The notes under the pieces are model-generated. The model was not told the origin of the DNA. It worked only from the letters and a program-made list of their open reading frames with translations, and did not search any database. Below are positions 36,798 to 49,786 of a DNA stretch of 64,000 nt, in pieces. Numbering within the stretch: position 1 is the stretch's first letter; every line of letters begins with the position of its first letter. A program made the position numbers and the translations under genes. This stretch comes from Octopus sinensis (lineage: Eukaryota): the NCBI RefSeq assembly GCF_006345805.1, contig NC_043002.1:97774001-97838000 (forward strand), in the 5' to 3' direction.

Positions 36798-37166
36798 GGA
36801 GGCGCAATGGCCCAGTGGTTAGGGCAGCGGACTCGCGGTTTCGATTCCCAGACCGGGCGTTGTGAGTGTTTATTGAGCGAAAACACCTAAAAGCTCCACG
36901 AGCCTCCGGCAGGGGATGGTGGTGATCCCTGCTGTACTCTTTCACCACAACTTTCTCTCGCTCTTACTTCCTGTTTCTGTTGTACCTGTATTTCAAGGGG
37001 CCGGCCTTGTCACTCTCTGTGTCACGCTGAATATCCCCGAGAACTACGTTAAGGGTGCACGTGTCTGTGGAGTGCTCAGCCACTTACACGTTAATTTCAC
37101 GAGCAGGCTGTTCCGTTGATTCGGATCAACCGGAACCCTCATCGTCGTAACCGACGGAGTGCTTCC
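36798..37166 (+). mobile_element. SINE-C with 12-bp TSD
   Basis: TSD tagattttgtgt at 36783-36794 and 37168-37179. Confidence 0.9.
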
Positions 37167-37439
37167 CTAGATTTTGTGTGATGATGGAACTAAACTTCCT
37201 ATTCTAATCTATTCTTAGCTGTGGAATGTTGTTGAACAGTAACGCCATACTCTCTTAACCTAAGTGGCTGAACGCAATATGAATTGACTGTTTTTTTTAA
37301 AAAATTACTTCAGATACTTAGTGAGATATGCAGAAGTGGCTTGTTTTGAAGATGTGTTTCTTTTTTCTTTAAAAAATTTCTTGCTCGCTTTTATTAAAAT
37401 AAATTTAATTTATGTCACATAGTAATAACAACTTAGACA

Positions 37440-37650
37440 GCGGGCTGGTAGAAACGTTAGCACGCCGGTCGAAATGCTTAGCGGTATTTCGTGTCTTTAC
37501 ATTCTGAGATCAAATTCCACCGAGGTCGACTTTGCCTTTCATCCTTTGGGGGTCGATGAATTAAGTACAAGCTGCGTACTGGTGTCGATCTAATCGACTG
37601 GCACCCTTCCCCAAAATTTCGAGTCTTGTGCCTAGAGTAGAAAAGAATAG
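37440..37650 (+). mobile_element. SINE-B, old-tail type
   Basis: Head gttagcacgccgg, tail cgagtcttgtgcctagagtag. Confidence 0.8.
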
Positions 37651-37877
37651 TGAAGAGCGAGTGTACAATTTGCATGAAAGTGCTTTCTGTTGTAAAGAAG
37701 GATCAGAAACTATGTATTGTTTCATCGTATAAAAGAGGGTTAATACGCTTTTGTCCAGAAATACCGTTTTCAATATTTAAATTTCCCCCTATCCCCACCG
37801 CAATTTCTTAATTTGTAACATTTTTCGAAGCTTTTTGTTGTCTACGTAGACAAATACAGAGATTACGAATCTGGGAA

Positions 37878-38115
37878 ATACATACATACATACATACATA
37901 CATACATACATACATAGATACACATACATACATACATACATGCATGCATGCATACATACATACATACATACATACATGCATACATACATACATACATACA
38001 TACATGCATGCATGCATACATACATACATGCATGCATGCATACATACATACATACATACATACATACATGCATACATACATACATACATACATGCATACA
38101 TACATACATATATAT
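37878..38115. repeat. (CATA)n microsatellite
   Basis: Direct inspection. Confidence 0.95.
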
Positions 38116-39354
38116 ACATTTTTTATAGTGTAAATTTTTCTTAGAGAAACACTCAATGCTCCTCCCTCCACCTCGCCCACCTATCAACTACCAGCTTCCA
38201 AAAAGCTGAAATCTCCCAATCTTTCACTTTTTGCTGATGTTTCCCGCATGTGTAGGATTCTACTGAAATAGAATTAAAAAATAGCAGACCACCACCAAAA
38301 AACCCCGACATGCCAGAAACAACAGGTAAACGACATTATTTTTGAAGAAACTTCTCCGTTTTTCAAAAAGCTAAAAGTGAAATATTGGGAGTGTGTAGCT
38401 TTTTGAAAGTGGTGAGGTGATGGGGGTAAAATTCTTAAAAATTCATGCTCTCTGTTTTTTCTCCATGAATTACAAAAAAAAAAAAAAAAAAAAAATTAGA
38501 AAAAAGTAAAAAAAATTAATTTGGTGTGGAGAGGGAGAAAATTAAAATATTGAGAACGTATTTTGAGGGTGAAATCGTAATCTCCCATATCCCAAACATA
38601 GGATTCGGAAGAAATTTAGGAAAAAACTAAGGGGGAGACGGAAATGTCTCCTCGGACATGCCAGAAAGAAGAGATAAAGGTCAGGTTTTCTGGGAAATCT
38701 TCCTTTTAAGTCTATATCGAAGATCAGGTTTTTAAGTATGCTGATCGTAAGCACAAATTACACAATAGAAAAATATCATTTCAAGATCATGTAAATTTGC
38801 GCGTGCACACTGCAAGAAATAACATAATTCGCACAGAAGTTTTACCTTGAGTGTGTGTATGTGTGTCAAGGGAAGTTATTATATGGCATTATGTCGTTTG
38901 AAAAAGCAAAGTTGTCAACTCGATGTATATGGGATCATATGATTGTTCGTGAATTTCCGCAAAATTGTTTTGATTTCTGTATGCTTTGAAGAGAGCAGAA
39001 GTTGAAAGAGAGGATAAAGTGAAAAAGCGACATTTGCTTTGAAGTGAGAGGAGAAAGTAAAAGAAAAGAGAAAGTGTAGGATGTACGTTATATGAAATGG
39101 ACGTGTGTGTGTAAGAAAGAGAGAAAGTGAGAGTGAGTGAGAGAAGGTGTGTTTTGTGACGTGTGAATTTTTTGGCATGTATAAGTGGCACTCACTCGCT
39201 CTCTCTCTCTCTATCACACACACACACACACACGTCTTTCATACACACGTACATAGCGGAGGGAAAGAATACGCATACCACCCGTTTTCGACGTAAACAC
39301 CGGAGTGCGTATTCTTTATCTTCGCTCATAAATACATATGCATATATCTTTTTG

Positions 39355-39420
<66 letters not shown>

Positions 39421-39907
39421 GTGTGTGTGTGTGTGTGTGCGAATGTATTTCCTCATAACATATAGAAAAATGGATGTCTTTTCAGTTATTTTTGGTTGTG
39501 GCTTATTTTAATACAATATTTATGTGTACATTTTCATAAATGTTTGACTGAGTAGAATTCTACGCATGCGTGAAACATCGGACGAAAGTGAAACATTGGA
39601 AGCAAGTCGAAATATTGTCCGATTATAACCTGAAATTGTGTGACCCAACGTAGTTGCCGAAATTATTTTAATTATAAAAAAGAGTTGTTGAGTCAAAAAC
39701 ATAGTTTATTTGGTAGAGAAATAATAAGCAGGTTTCTTTACTATAATACAGATGGGACTAATTCTGAGAAACATTACTTTCATTATTCACATATCGTCAC
39801 TCTTGTAATGCAGCACTGTAATTTCGGTTCAAATTGAAAGTATGAAACTATTTTCATTTTCTAATGAAACTTGGTCGTTGTAGAGAAGTGTATTTGAAAT
39901 AACCATA

Positions 39908-40307
39908 GGCGTAGGAGTGGCTGTGTGGTAAGTAGCTTGTTTACCAGCCACATGGTTCCGGGTTCAGTCCCACTGCGTGGCACCTTGGGCAAGTGTCTTC
40001 TACTATAGCCTCGGGCCGACCAATGTCTTGTGAGTGGATTTGGTAGACGGAAACTGAAAGAAGCCCGTCGTATATATGCATATATATATATGCGTGTGTG
40101 TGTTTGTGTGTCTGTGTTTGTCCCCCTAGTATTGACAACCGATGCTGGTGTGTTTATGTCCCCGTTACTTAGCGGTTCGGCAAAAGAGATCGATAGAATA
40201 AGTACTGGGCTTACAAAAGAATAAGTCTCGGGGTTGAGTTGCTCGATTAAAGGCGGTTCTCCAGCATGGCAGCAGTCAAATGACTGAAACAAGTAAAGAG
40301 TAAAGAG
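39908..40307 (+). mobile_element. SINE-A full-length
   Basis: Near-consensus copy. Confidence 0.92.
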
Positions 40308-40319
40308 TATAGCTGGTTA

Positions 40320-40672
40320 TTGAGATATCGTAGAAAATATGTAAATGAAAATAAAGTTTATTTGAAATGTGTAATTGATTTGATTGTTCTGGTCTTAACA
40401 TCAGTTGGTAAGAATAGAAGTCATCTGACGACACCTTTTTGTTTGTAATTGGCTATCTTGTTGCAGGTTCAATCCATAGAATATTGATATGATACCCATC
40501 TTGTCCATTCCACAGAATAAGAGTATACCGGAGAGCATGATAAGAGGGATGAGTCTGTGAAACATGTTTAGAGTTGTTACCTCGGGCACGAATGAGAATT
40601 TCATGATTTTCATGGGGATCACCAACCGTAAGGATGGCTACTTCATTAGATGTGGGCTCATTAAAACAGCGT
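40320..40672 (-). pseudogene. Helitron RepHel fragment (N-terminal to Rep core)
   Basis: Minus frame RCFNEPTSNEVAILTVG..EILIRARG..HVSQTHPSYHALRYTLILWNGQDGYH..*..KKVSSDDFYSYQLMLR matches the RepHel pattern FN-PT-NEVA / ISETH-SYDALQYPL / FY-YRL. One stop; frame absent from the ORF track. Confidence 0.8.
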
Positions 40673-41920
40673 AAAATGTCCTTTACTATAGTTTACTATA
40701 GACGTAAGGAAAGCAGAAACACACTCATAGAATTGATAATATTGAAAACAGCAAAATGTACACATACGAAGTTCAAGCAAAACGAAATGTAGTCCATACA
40801 GGTGCAAAACATACATTCTGTAGCTTAGTTATGCCATAAAAAAAGGAAAGTCACCAATTTAGCAAATTGTCACCTATGCGACTCCAATGTAACAAAGTAC
40901 AGAAAGTGAACATTTATTTGGAGCATGTAGTAAATGTTATAAAATTCACGATTGAATATCACGGTGAAGAATGTGAAAGTCGAAGAAAATTCAGAAGGCA
41001 TGATTCAGTTTTTCATACAAAATTAATTTATTTCACAATTTTGAAACGAACGCTGAACGAAGTGTATAGAAAGGAAGATGCTATTGTACCGTTAATTTAA
41101 AATATTTGCTGAAGGATGTATGTAGTAAGATATAAATAAATTTGACATTACTACATATTTTTTAACTGTGTAACGTTTATAGGCTAAAGAATAAATACTG
41201 ACTAACGCAGTAAAAAGGTTGTGCGACGTTGATATTCACAGTGATGAAGAATACAAGGACTATAAAAAAAACATTATCTTGAAACTGGTTAGAAGGAGTG
41301 GAATAACATTTCTGTAATTATACTGAAAGATCCGCTGAGGCTTTCAATTTCTCCAAGTTTCCGAATTTGTTATAAGCAGAATAACATTTTTTGTCCAGAT
41401 AATATTAGCGACTATTGTGAGTGGCGTTAAATCAACCAAATTTTCATACTGGTAGTACTTCAAAGTTCGTTTCAGCGCGTTTCACTGTTGGGTGGAAGAA
41501 AGTTACATACATAAACTAAGACACACACGTACATTAACGCACACCTGAAGCCTATCTCTGTCCCTGTGTGTGTTGGTCGTCACAAAATGTATATATACTG
41601 ACAGATACATACAACGTCACACACATATACTTGCCAGTCATCGGCCTAACTTAGGTAACGAACGCGCGAACACACTCATATAGAAAATGTGCCGTCATTG
41701 TCGTTATGGTGGTGATATAAAATGTCGTTTGCGATAGGTGACTAAAAGAAAAAGATAATATTAAATTTTGTAATGCAAATATGTGAATGAAATAGAGTTT
41801 ATTTGGTAGCCAAAAGTGTACTGAATTTTTTGATACCATACGTCAAACTCGGCAACTATGGTTTTGGAATGCATAAGGAACACACACACACACCACACAA
41901 ACTCTCTTTGATATATATAT

Positions 41921-41964
<44 letters not shown>

Positions 41965-42294
41965 ATATAAATCGAATTTAAAGTTTAAGAATTAAGGTTT
42001 AGAAAGTAGGCGTTAAATGCAGTATCCAAACCTTACTTCAGAGTTAGTCCCAGGTAGTGTGTCTGCGGAGCACGTTCACGGCTTAATGTGTTATTACATC
42101 ATTCCACGCCCACTAGGGAGCGGTGTAATATAAAGCCGAAACGATTGTTGTGCTAATAAATTCTTCAAGTTACACTACGCCTCCCGTATCAACCTTTTAA
42201 AATACATGCATACATACACACACACATACATACATACATACATACATATATACATACATACATACATACATACATACATACACATACATACATA

Positions 42295-42480
42295 CACACA
42301 CGACGGGCGTCCATGCAGTTTTTGTCTACCAGATTTACAAACAAGGCACTGGTCGATCCACATTTACCGGTAGAAGACACTTGCCGCGTCGTGGGATTGA
42401 GCACAAAACCACGTGGTTGTAAAGCGAGCTTCTTAACTATAGAGCCATGGCTGGAACCAGTAAAAGAGTAAAAGACCACA
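42295..42480 (-). mobile_element. SINE-A-like diverged fragment
   Basis: cgacggg..gtctaccagattt..gaagacacttgcc. Confidence 0.6.
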
Positions 42481-42699
42481 TGGGTTGTGGTTTTGTTAAT
42501 TGGTGCCACGTTACATTCTTGAAATCTCTTCGCCTGGGCGGTTAATCCACTGGAAATGATGTCTTCTGCTCTCTGGTTAATTTAATGCTTCGTGCTTTTT
42601 TTTTTATTGTTGTGTTGTATTGTTGTTATGTTTGTTGTTTATTGACTTCGCCCTGTATCTTTATATGAGAGGGTGGGGGACTGAGGTTGAGTGAAATAG

Positions 42700-42923
42700 A
42701 GAGATTTACAGGGGAATGAGATTGAGAGGTAGAGAGAGGTACTGAGTGTATGAAAGAGAGAGAGCGTGAGAGTTGATGAGCGAGAAAGAGGAGTAAAGAA
42801 AAAGAAAATGTGTTTGTGAGTGAGAAAGAGAGAGAGAGAGAGAATGAGAAGCGCAAAGAAAGAGAGAAAGTTAGTGAGTGAGCGAGAGAGAGAAAGAATG
42901 AGCGGGAGGGAGTGAGGGACAGA

Positions 42924-42965
<42 letters not shown>

Positions 42966-43690
42966 AAGATTTAAAATATTTCCCCTTTGATTCTCTGTTA
43001 AATTTGAAGTTTCCTTTTTTTTTTATTACTATGTCGCCGCCCAGTCATTTTAAATGAGAGAGAGTGAGTGCGAGAGAGTGAGAGAGAGTGAGAAAGATAG
43101 AGAAAGAGAGAGAGTGTGAGAGAGAGGAATAGAGAGATCAAGTGAGAAAGGGCCGTAAGTCTTCTGAGAGGTGAGTGACAGAGATTTGAAGGTATAAGAG
43201 AGAAAGTGAAGGAGAGATTAGGAGTGAGAGAGAGAGATTAAGAGGGAGAGAGAGTGAGAGAGAGAGAGAGAGAGAGCATTTGTGGGAGGAAGGAAGAAGA
43301 GGAGAGAGTTGGGTGGATGAGTAAGAGGAAGAAAGAGAGAGAAAGAGAGATGAGGAGTTAGTAGGAAAGTGAAAGAGAGAAAGAGAGAGAGAGAGAAAGA
43401 AAGAGCGAAATAGTGAAAGAGAAAGAGAGATATACACACAGAAAGTGAATGAGAGAGGCTGAATGCGAGATATAGATAGAGAGAAAGAGAGAGAAAGAGA
43501 GAAAAAGAAAATAGAAAAAGATAGAGAGAGCTAGGGAGGGAAGGAGATGAATAGATAGATAGCTAGATAGAGATAATGATAGATAGATAGATAGATAGAC
43601 AGATAAAGAGATAGATAGAGAGAGAGAGAGACAGAGAGAGACAGACAGAAAGCGAAAGAGAGAGAGAGAGCAAACGAGAGCGTATGTATA
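42700..43690. repeat. ~1-kb (GA)n/(GATA)n purine-rich tract
   Basis: Direct inspection. Confidence 0.92.
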
Positions 43691-43779
43691 ATTATTATAA
43701 GCAATATGGTTTTCGTTGTTTATTAACGTTTTTAATACTGCGTCAAAAAAGCAACCATTTGTAAAACGACTATTTATGC

Positions 43780-43856
43780 ATCTGTATTATAGTCAATGCG
43801 TGTATGTGTGTTTGCGCATGCTTATACAACGTTCTAAATCTGTGTGTGAATGTGTG

Positions 43857-43887
<31 letters not shown>

Positions 43888-43888
43888 A

Positions 43889-43924
<36 letters not shown>

Positions 43925-44629
43925 GGCATCAGTGAGAAAGCATGTGTATTGTATTGTATGTATGTATGTATGTATGTATGTATTGCCCCACGCAAATATG
44001 TGTCGGTTGTATTTGTATACCGGTGGGACACATGGGTATGTGTGTGTGTGTGTGTGGTTTAGTTCAATTGGTATAGCAGTAGACAGAAGTAGCTGTGTGT
44101 ATATGCGTGCGCATGTAGATGTACTGAGGTATGTGCACACCACATGCGTATACAAACGCATATCTATATACACATGTGTACATACGCATGAATATATTAT
44201 AATCACATACGAATGTGTACATGTATGTGTGTATGTATACATTCAATAATAATATATATATATATTATATATATATATTATCTATATATATATATATTAT
44301 ATATATATGTATATATATATGTAAGTATATATATATGTATATATATATATGTATATATATATATATGTATATAATATATATATATAAATATAATGTAAAG
44401 TCTATATTATATATATACTGTATATATATACATGCACATATAAATATATATATAAATGTATATATATATATATGTGTGTATGTGTGTGTGTGCGTGTATG
44501 TATATATATATCCAAACAAATATATGTGTATATGTATACTGTTGAGTTAATCACTCAGTGATTGTGTTGTGTGTGCGCTAACTGTACTAAGATATAGGCA
44601 CTCACGTGCACACATACGCACACAACACA

Positions 44630-44679
<50 letters not shown>

Positions 44680-44690
44680 CACCACACACG
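43780..44690. repeat. Compound (GT)/(TA)/(CA) microsatellites
   Basis: Direct inspection. Confidence 0.9.
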
Positions 44691-45473
44691 ACACCGATTA
44701 TTTTGTTTTTGTACCCATGTGTATGCGTCCGTGATTGAATGTGTAGGTTTATGCCTTGTAATATCGCTGAAGGTGTTGTGTATAGTGTCTAGTTATCTGT
44801 CCCGGGAGAAACATTAACTGCCATTTAAGGCCGCAGATTAATTTGAACTAGAAGTGAGAAATCTCTCATGATGTGTGTTCTGCACTCACACAATTATTTT
44901 CTCTCACACACCAAATTTTGTCTTCAAAAAAATTTTGGTTTTTAAAATTTAACCCTGAAGCAGGGGCTGTGCATTTAGCCTTAAGAAGCGGGCGCAAAGC
45001 AACTCGGTCCGGTAAAATTGATTTAGTTAAAGTTTTTTCTTGAGCAAGTCGAGAGTTGCCCAGGCAAAAATATATGCAAGAAGCGAATTCCAGAGGAGGT
45101 GTCAACATCCTGGAGAGAAAAAGATGGGCGTGGTGATTAATGTGTGTTTTAAGTGGTGGCGGCGATGAACACTACAAGGAGCGACGAACGGAATGGTGGG
45201 AATATGTCAGGAGCGCTTTGGTGGAGTTTGTACATGAACAACGAGTACCGAAGAACAGAGACAAAAGTGGTTGACAACGCAGAGAGGAAGCAGTACATAG
45301 ATGAAATGTGATGGAGGGAAGTTTCGTACCCATTAATCGGATGGTCATTCCTTGGAAGTTCTCTTGGATATGTATCCTTGGAGTTTTCCCCGTTTGTGAC
45401 TGAAACAAAACAGCGGTTTTTCCAATTTCAGGACATTTATAGCTTTTAGATTTATTGCACACAAAGTTGAGAA

Positions 45474-45800
45474 AGGCGCATGGCTTAGTGGTTAGGGGAT
45501 TCGGCTCATGATCGTAAGGTCGTGAGTTCGTTTCCCAGCGGCGCGTTATACCCTTGAGCAAGACACTTTATTTCACGTCGCGCCTGTCTGCTTAGCAGGC
45601 AAAAAAAAAAATGAGTTGTACTTATAATTCAAAGGGGCCAGTCTTGTCACACTTTGTGTCCCGCTGAATCTCTCAGAGAACTACGTTAAGGGTACACGTG
45701 TCTGTGGAGTGCTCAACAACTTGCACAATTATTTCACGAGCAGGCTCTTCCGGTGATCGTGCCAACTGAAATACTCGTTGCCGTAACTGACGAAGTGCCA
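45474..45800 (+). mobile_element. SINE-C-related older subfamily
   Basis: tRNA-like head tggcttagtggtt..gagttcg, cccttgagcaagacacttt, and the 3' part shared with SINE-C. Confidence 0.78.
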
Positions 45801-45860
45801 GATTTTATAGAAAGTTATTGAGTTCACAGAAATTGCAGTTTTCCAAACTTGATGGTCAGT

Positions 45861-46375
45861 GGTATTAGATTAGTTTTTAAGGCGGCGAGCTGGCAGAAAC
45901 GTTAGCACGCCAGGCGAAATGCTTAGCGGTATTTCGTCTGCGTTACGTTCTGAGTTCAAATTCCGCCGAGGTCGACTTTGCCTTTCATCCTTTCGAGGTC
46001 AATAAATTAAGTACCAGTTACACACTGGGGTCGATGTAATCGACTTAATACCTATGTCTGTCCTTGTTTGTCCCCTCTGTGTTTAGCCCCTTGTGGGTAA
46101 TAAAGAAATAGGTATTAGATTAGTTTTTAAGGCGGCGAGCTGGCAGAAACGTTAGCACGCCGGGCGAAATGTTTAGCGGTATTTCGTCTGTGTTACGTTC
46201 TGAGTTCAAATTCCGCCGAGATCGACTTTGCCTTTCATCCTTTCGAGGTCGATAAATTAAGTACCAGTTACGCACTGGGGTCGATGTAATTGACTTAATA
46301 CCTATGTCTGTCCTTGTTTGTCCCCTCTGTGTTTAGCCCTTTGTGGGTAATAAAGAAATAGGTATTAGATTAGTT
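45861..46375 (+). mobile_element. SINE-B head-to-tail dimer, period 250 bp, with three TSD copies
   Basis: ggtattagattagtt at 45861, 46111 and 46361. Confidence 0.93.
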
Positions 46376-47986
46376 CAATTGTTTTCTGAGATTGACTATG
46401 AAAAGTCAAAGTCAGTCTGGAGCCTAACCACTGAAAATGCAAGATTTTCTTCAAATAGGACGCCAATCCGTCGCAGAGTACTTTGTCAGTTGCCACCAGT
46501 ACTCATTTTCAGTTGAGTGTACCAGAAAATCATGAAATGAAATTCCTTATTTAAGGACGCGGCGTATTGCCCAGTCCGAAAATTGAATTCGTGACCTATC
46601 GATCGTAATCCCAAACCATTGTGCTATGAGCCTTCACGAGCTCTACTTTACATTTCTTTTATTACTTCAAAGAGGTTGGGTTAATGTCCATGACATTTCA
46701 AGTTTTCTCCAAGACTGATGCAACCAATGTCCACCCTGAACGCACTTTAACTATTGAACTATAGACATGCTATCATTTCTTCACTTTTATATCTTCTACC
46801 GTTACTGTTGTTGCCTCTTCACAGAGCTGGCTGGTTTTGTGTCATTGGCACTCGGGAACTCCTGTCTCACTCTTCTCCCTTCGTCTTGTCACCCATATGG
46901 TATCCACTGCGAGCAATCGTCCCATAAACCACTTTGTCCAGTACTTCTTCCAGAATGTCCTCAATTTCTCCCCGAGAGATATCTGCATGTCATTTACCCA
47001 ATAAATACGAGAGTCCTTGTATGAGTCTTTAGCGAAGTAAAATCAATATGATGCGGTTGTTGGGGTCACGATCGATAGAAACCAATGTCTAAAATGAAGT
47101 AGATTTGTTATCATTGATTAATCGATATGTAATCTTTGATTATGAGGAAATTTTATAGCAAGAAAAGTTGCTAATTTAGCGTTTAAAGGACGATCTCAAA
47201 TTAAACAGTCTTCATTAGAGCGTTGCACTTCAGTGAGAATTCCATTTGATACTCGTTGGGTATATTGCTGCTGCTAGGGCGAGTTATGATTGGAAACACG
47301 CAAGACAGAAGACCTTACAAGATCATTAACACAACCCATGAGAAGCGCATGCAAACTCTTCGCTTCTCTTCTTGGTCAAAGTTTTTAGAAAATAATTAAA
47401 AAGATTTTAAATTTCATATATTTGCCACAAAACTTCAATTAGTTTAAGGAAGCAGCAACAGAAGATTAAGACATTTATATCTCCCTCCACCCGCAAGAAC
47501 GAGTATTTCCAACTGGGAATCGAAACTAGGTTGTTGAAAACTAAAGACGGCCAATCGTCTGTGTGAACCCAAGTGAAACGACAAATTTTTATTTTTTTTT
47601 AAAATTTGAATTAAATTTTTTCTTTTATTATTATTTGAGTATTTTAAACTTTTCATTCCCTTGAAATTCTTCTGCTTTTTGTCACCCTCTTTCTCATTTT
47701 CTTTAACACTAACAAAGAAATACATAAATAAACAAGGCACCCTTTATGGACTATACTCACCAGCGTTCTATTCAACGAGAAGGAAACGTTTGCCTAGTAT
47801 TTTAATGGCATTTTATTACTCCCATATGGAGTGAAATCTATTTACACCCATTTTATTTCTTACCCTTTTTCTCTTCACATACTCCAACAACGAATCACTC
47901 CCTCTTCAATTAGCATTCTTTTTGTTATAAGACACGTTTCTTCCGTCTGTTTTATATCTCGCTTTCGCTCAAATTACTTCCTTCTC

Positions 47987-48045
<59 letters not shown>

Positions 48046-48051
<6 letters not shown>

Positions 48052-48573
48052 CAAGTACCACTTGAAAAGGAAAGTGAGAGTAGAGAGGCAAGTTTTGTCT
48101 AGCGAATGTTTAAAAAAGATGGGTGATGTAGCAAGAATGGCACGTATGAATGACGAAGCCACCTTGAGCATAGTCCTATGAACCCAGAAATCGAAAAACA
48201 GAGAGTTGCTTATTTGCAAAAAAAAAAAAAAAAAAGAAATATAAAATGTGACTTCATTGACCGAGGTTACCGTGGTCTTTTCCGTAGGCTTTTCTTTCCA
48301 CGGGTAAACCTCACCTGTCCTCCCCTTTACAATTCATATTGACATTTCTGTGATAACGATCCTATTGATCAATTTTTTTTTCCTCTCCCCCCCCCTTTTT
48401 TTTTTTAACCCCCCCCCTTTTTTTTGTCCTCTTTCTCTCCTTTTACGATACCTTTTGATCGAAACTCCCCTTTCCTTTTTTTTTTTTTTTTTTTTTTTTT
48501 AAAAACATCAAAAAGAAAAGCTCACCGTTTAATTGTCTATCTGTGTGCAGCCCTGTGTGGCTAATAAAGAAAC
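48046..48573 (+). mobile_element. Tx1/L1-like LINE 3' end inside (CTAT)n
   Basis: FFKYHLKRKVRVERQVLSSEC(F)KK-W ORF2-like C-terminus, T-rich UTR, aataaagaaa end; (CTAT)n on both sides. Confidence 0.65.
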
Positions 48574-48628
48574 AATCTATCTATCTATCTATCTATCTAT
48601 CTGTCTATCTATCTATCTATCTATCTAT

Positions 48629-48787
48629 TTTTAAAAATTTTATTCCTCCCTTTTTGTCCTCTTTCATTGCCTTTACGATAACCTTTTGATCGAAAACCAA
48701 ATCCCCTTTTTTTACCCCCAAAAGAAAACCTCTACCTTGTAATTTGCGTCCTGTCTGTGTGCATCCCTGTGTGGCTAATAAAGAAAC
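48629..48787 (+). mobile_element. Second, shorter 3' copy of the same Tx1-like element
   Basis: tttacgata-ccttttgatcgaaa..ctgtgtggctaataaagaaac; followed by (CTAT)n to ~49094. Confidence 0.7.
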
Positions 48788-48794
48788 ATATCTA

Positions 48795-48867
<73 letters not shown>

Positions 48868-48910
48868 CCTACCTACCTACCTACTACCTATCTATCTATC
48901 TATCTATATA

Positions 48911-48955
<45 letters not shown>

Positions 48956-48997
48956 GTCTATCTATCTGCCTGCCTACCTACCTACCTACATACTTAC

Positions 48998-49075
<78 letters not shown>

Positions 49076-49303
49076 GCCTATCTATCTATCTATCTGAGTT
49101 ATTTCGATTGTTTTTGCGTCATCTTTACTTTGACCAAGTTCAATGTCCTAAAATTTTGGAGAGAGGTGTGGAAGAGGTTGTTGTGATTTTCGTACCTTTC
49201 CAAATGGTCATAATGGCGTCAGTTGTTGATGACTTCAATCAAATGCATTCCAACCATCAAGCTCATTATCGATATACATACATACATACATGTAATATAT
49301 ATA

Positions 49304-49334
<31 letters not shown>

Positions 49335-49387
49335 CTTCTTAGTAAAGTTAGTGAATTGTTGAATAAAGTTTATCATATATTTTTTTT

Positions 49388-49786
49388 TACTCTCTTTTAC
49401 TTGTTTCAGTCATTTGACTGCGGCCATGCTGGAGCACCGCCTTTAGTCGAGCAAATCGACCCCGGGACTTATTCTTTGTAAGCCAGTACTTATTCTATCG
49501 GTCTCTATTGCCGAACCGCTAAGTGACGGGGACGTAAACACACCAGCATCGGTTGTCAAGCAATGCTAGGGGAACAAACACAGACACACAGACACACACA
49601 CATATATATATATATACATATATACGACAGGCTTCTTTCAGTTTCCGTCTACCAAATCCACTCACAAGGCATCGGTCGGCCCGGGGCTATAGCAGAAGAC
49701 ACTTGCCCAAGATGCCACGCAGTGGGACTGAACCCGGAACCATGTGGTTGGTTAGCAAGCTACTTACCACACAGCCACTCCTGCGT
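49388..49786 (-). mobile_element. SINE-A full-length
   Basis: Near-consensus copy. Confidence 0.93.

Noticed and set aside
46648-47020. Possible second L1/Tx1-like 3' end on the minus strand
   Set aside because: Only a Trp-rich short frame and an AATAAA; no diagnostic motif or second copy.
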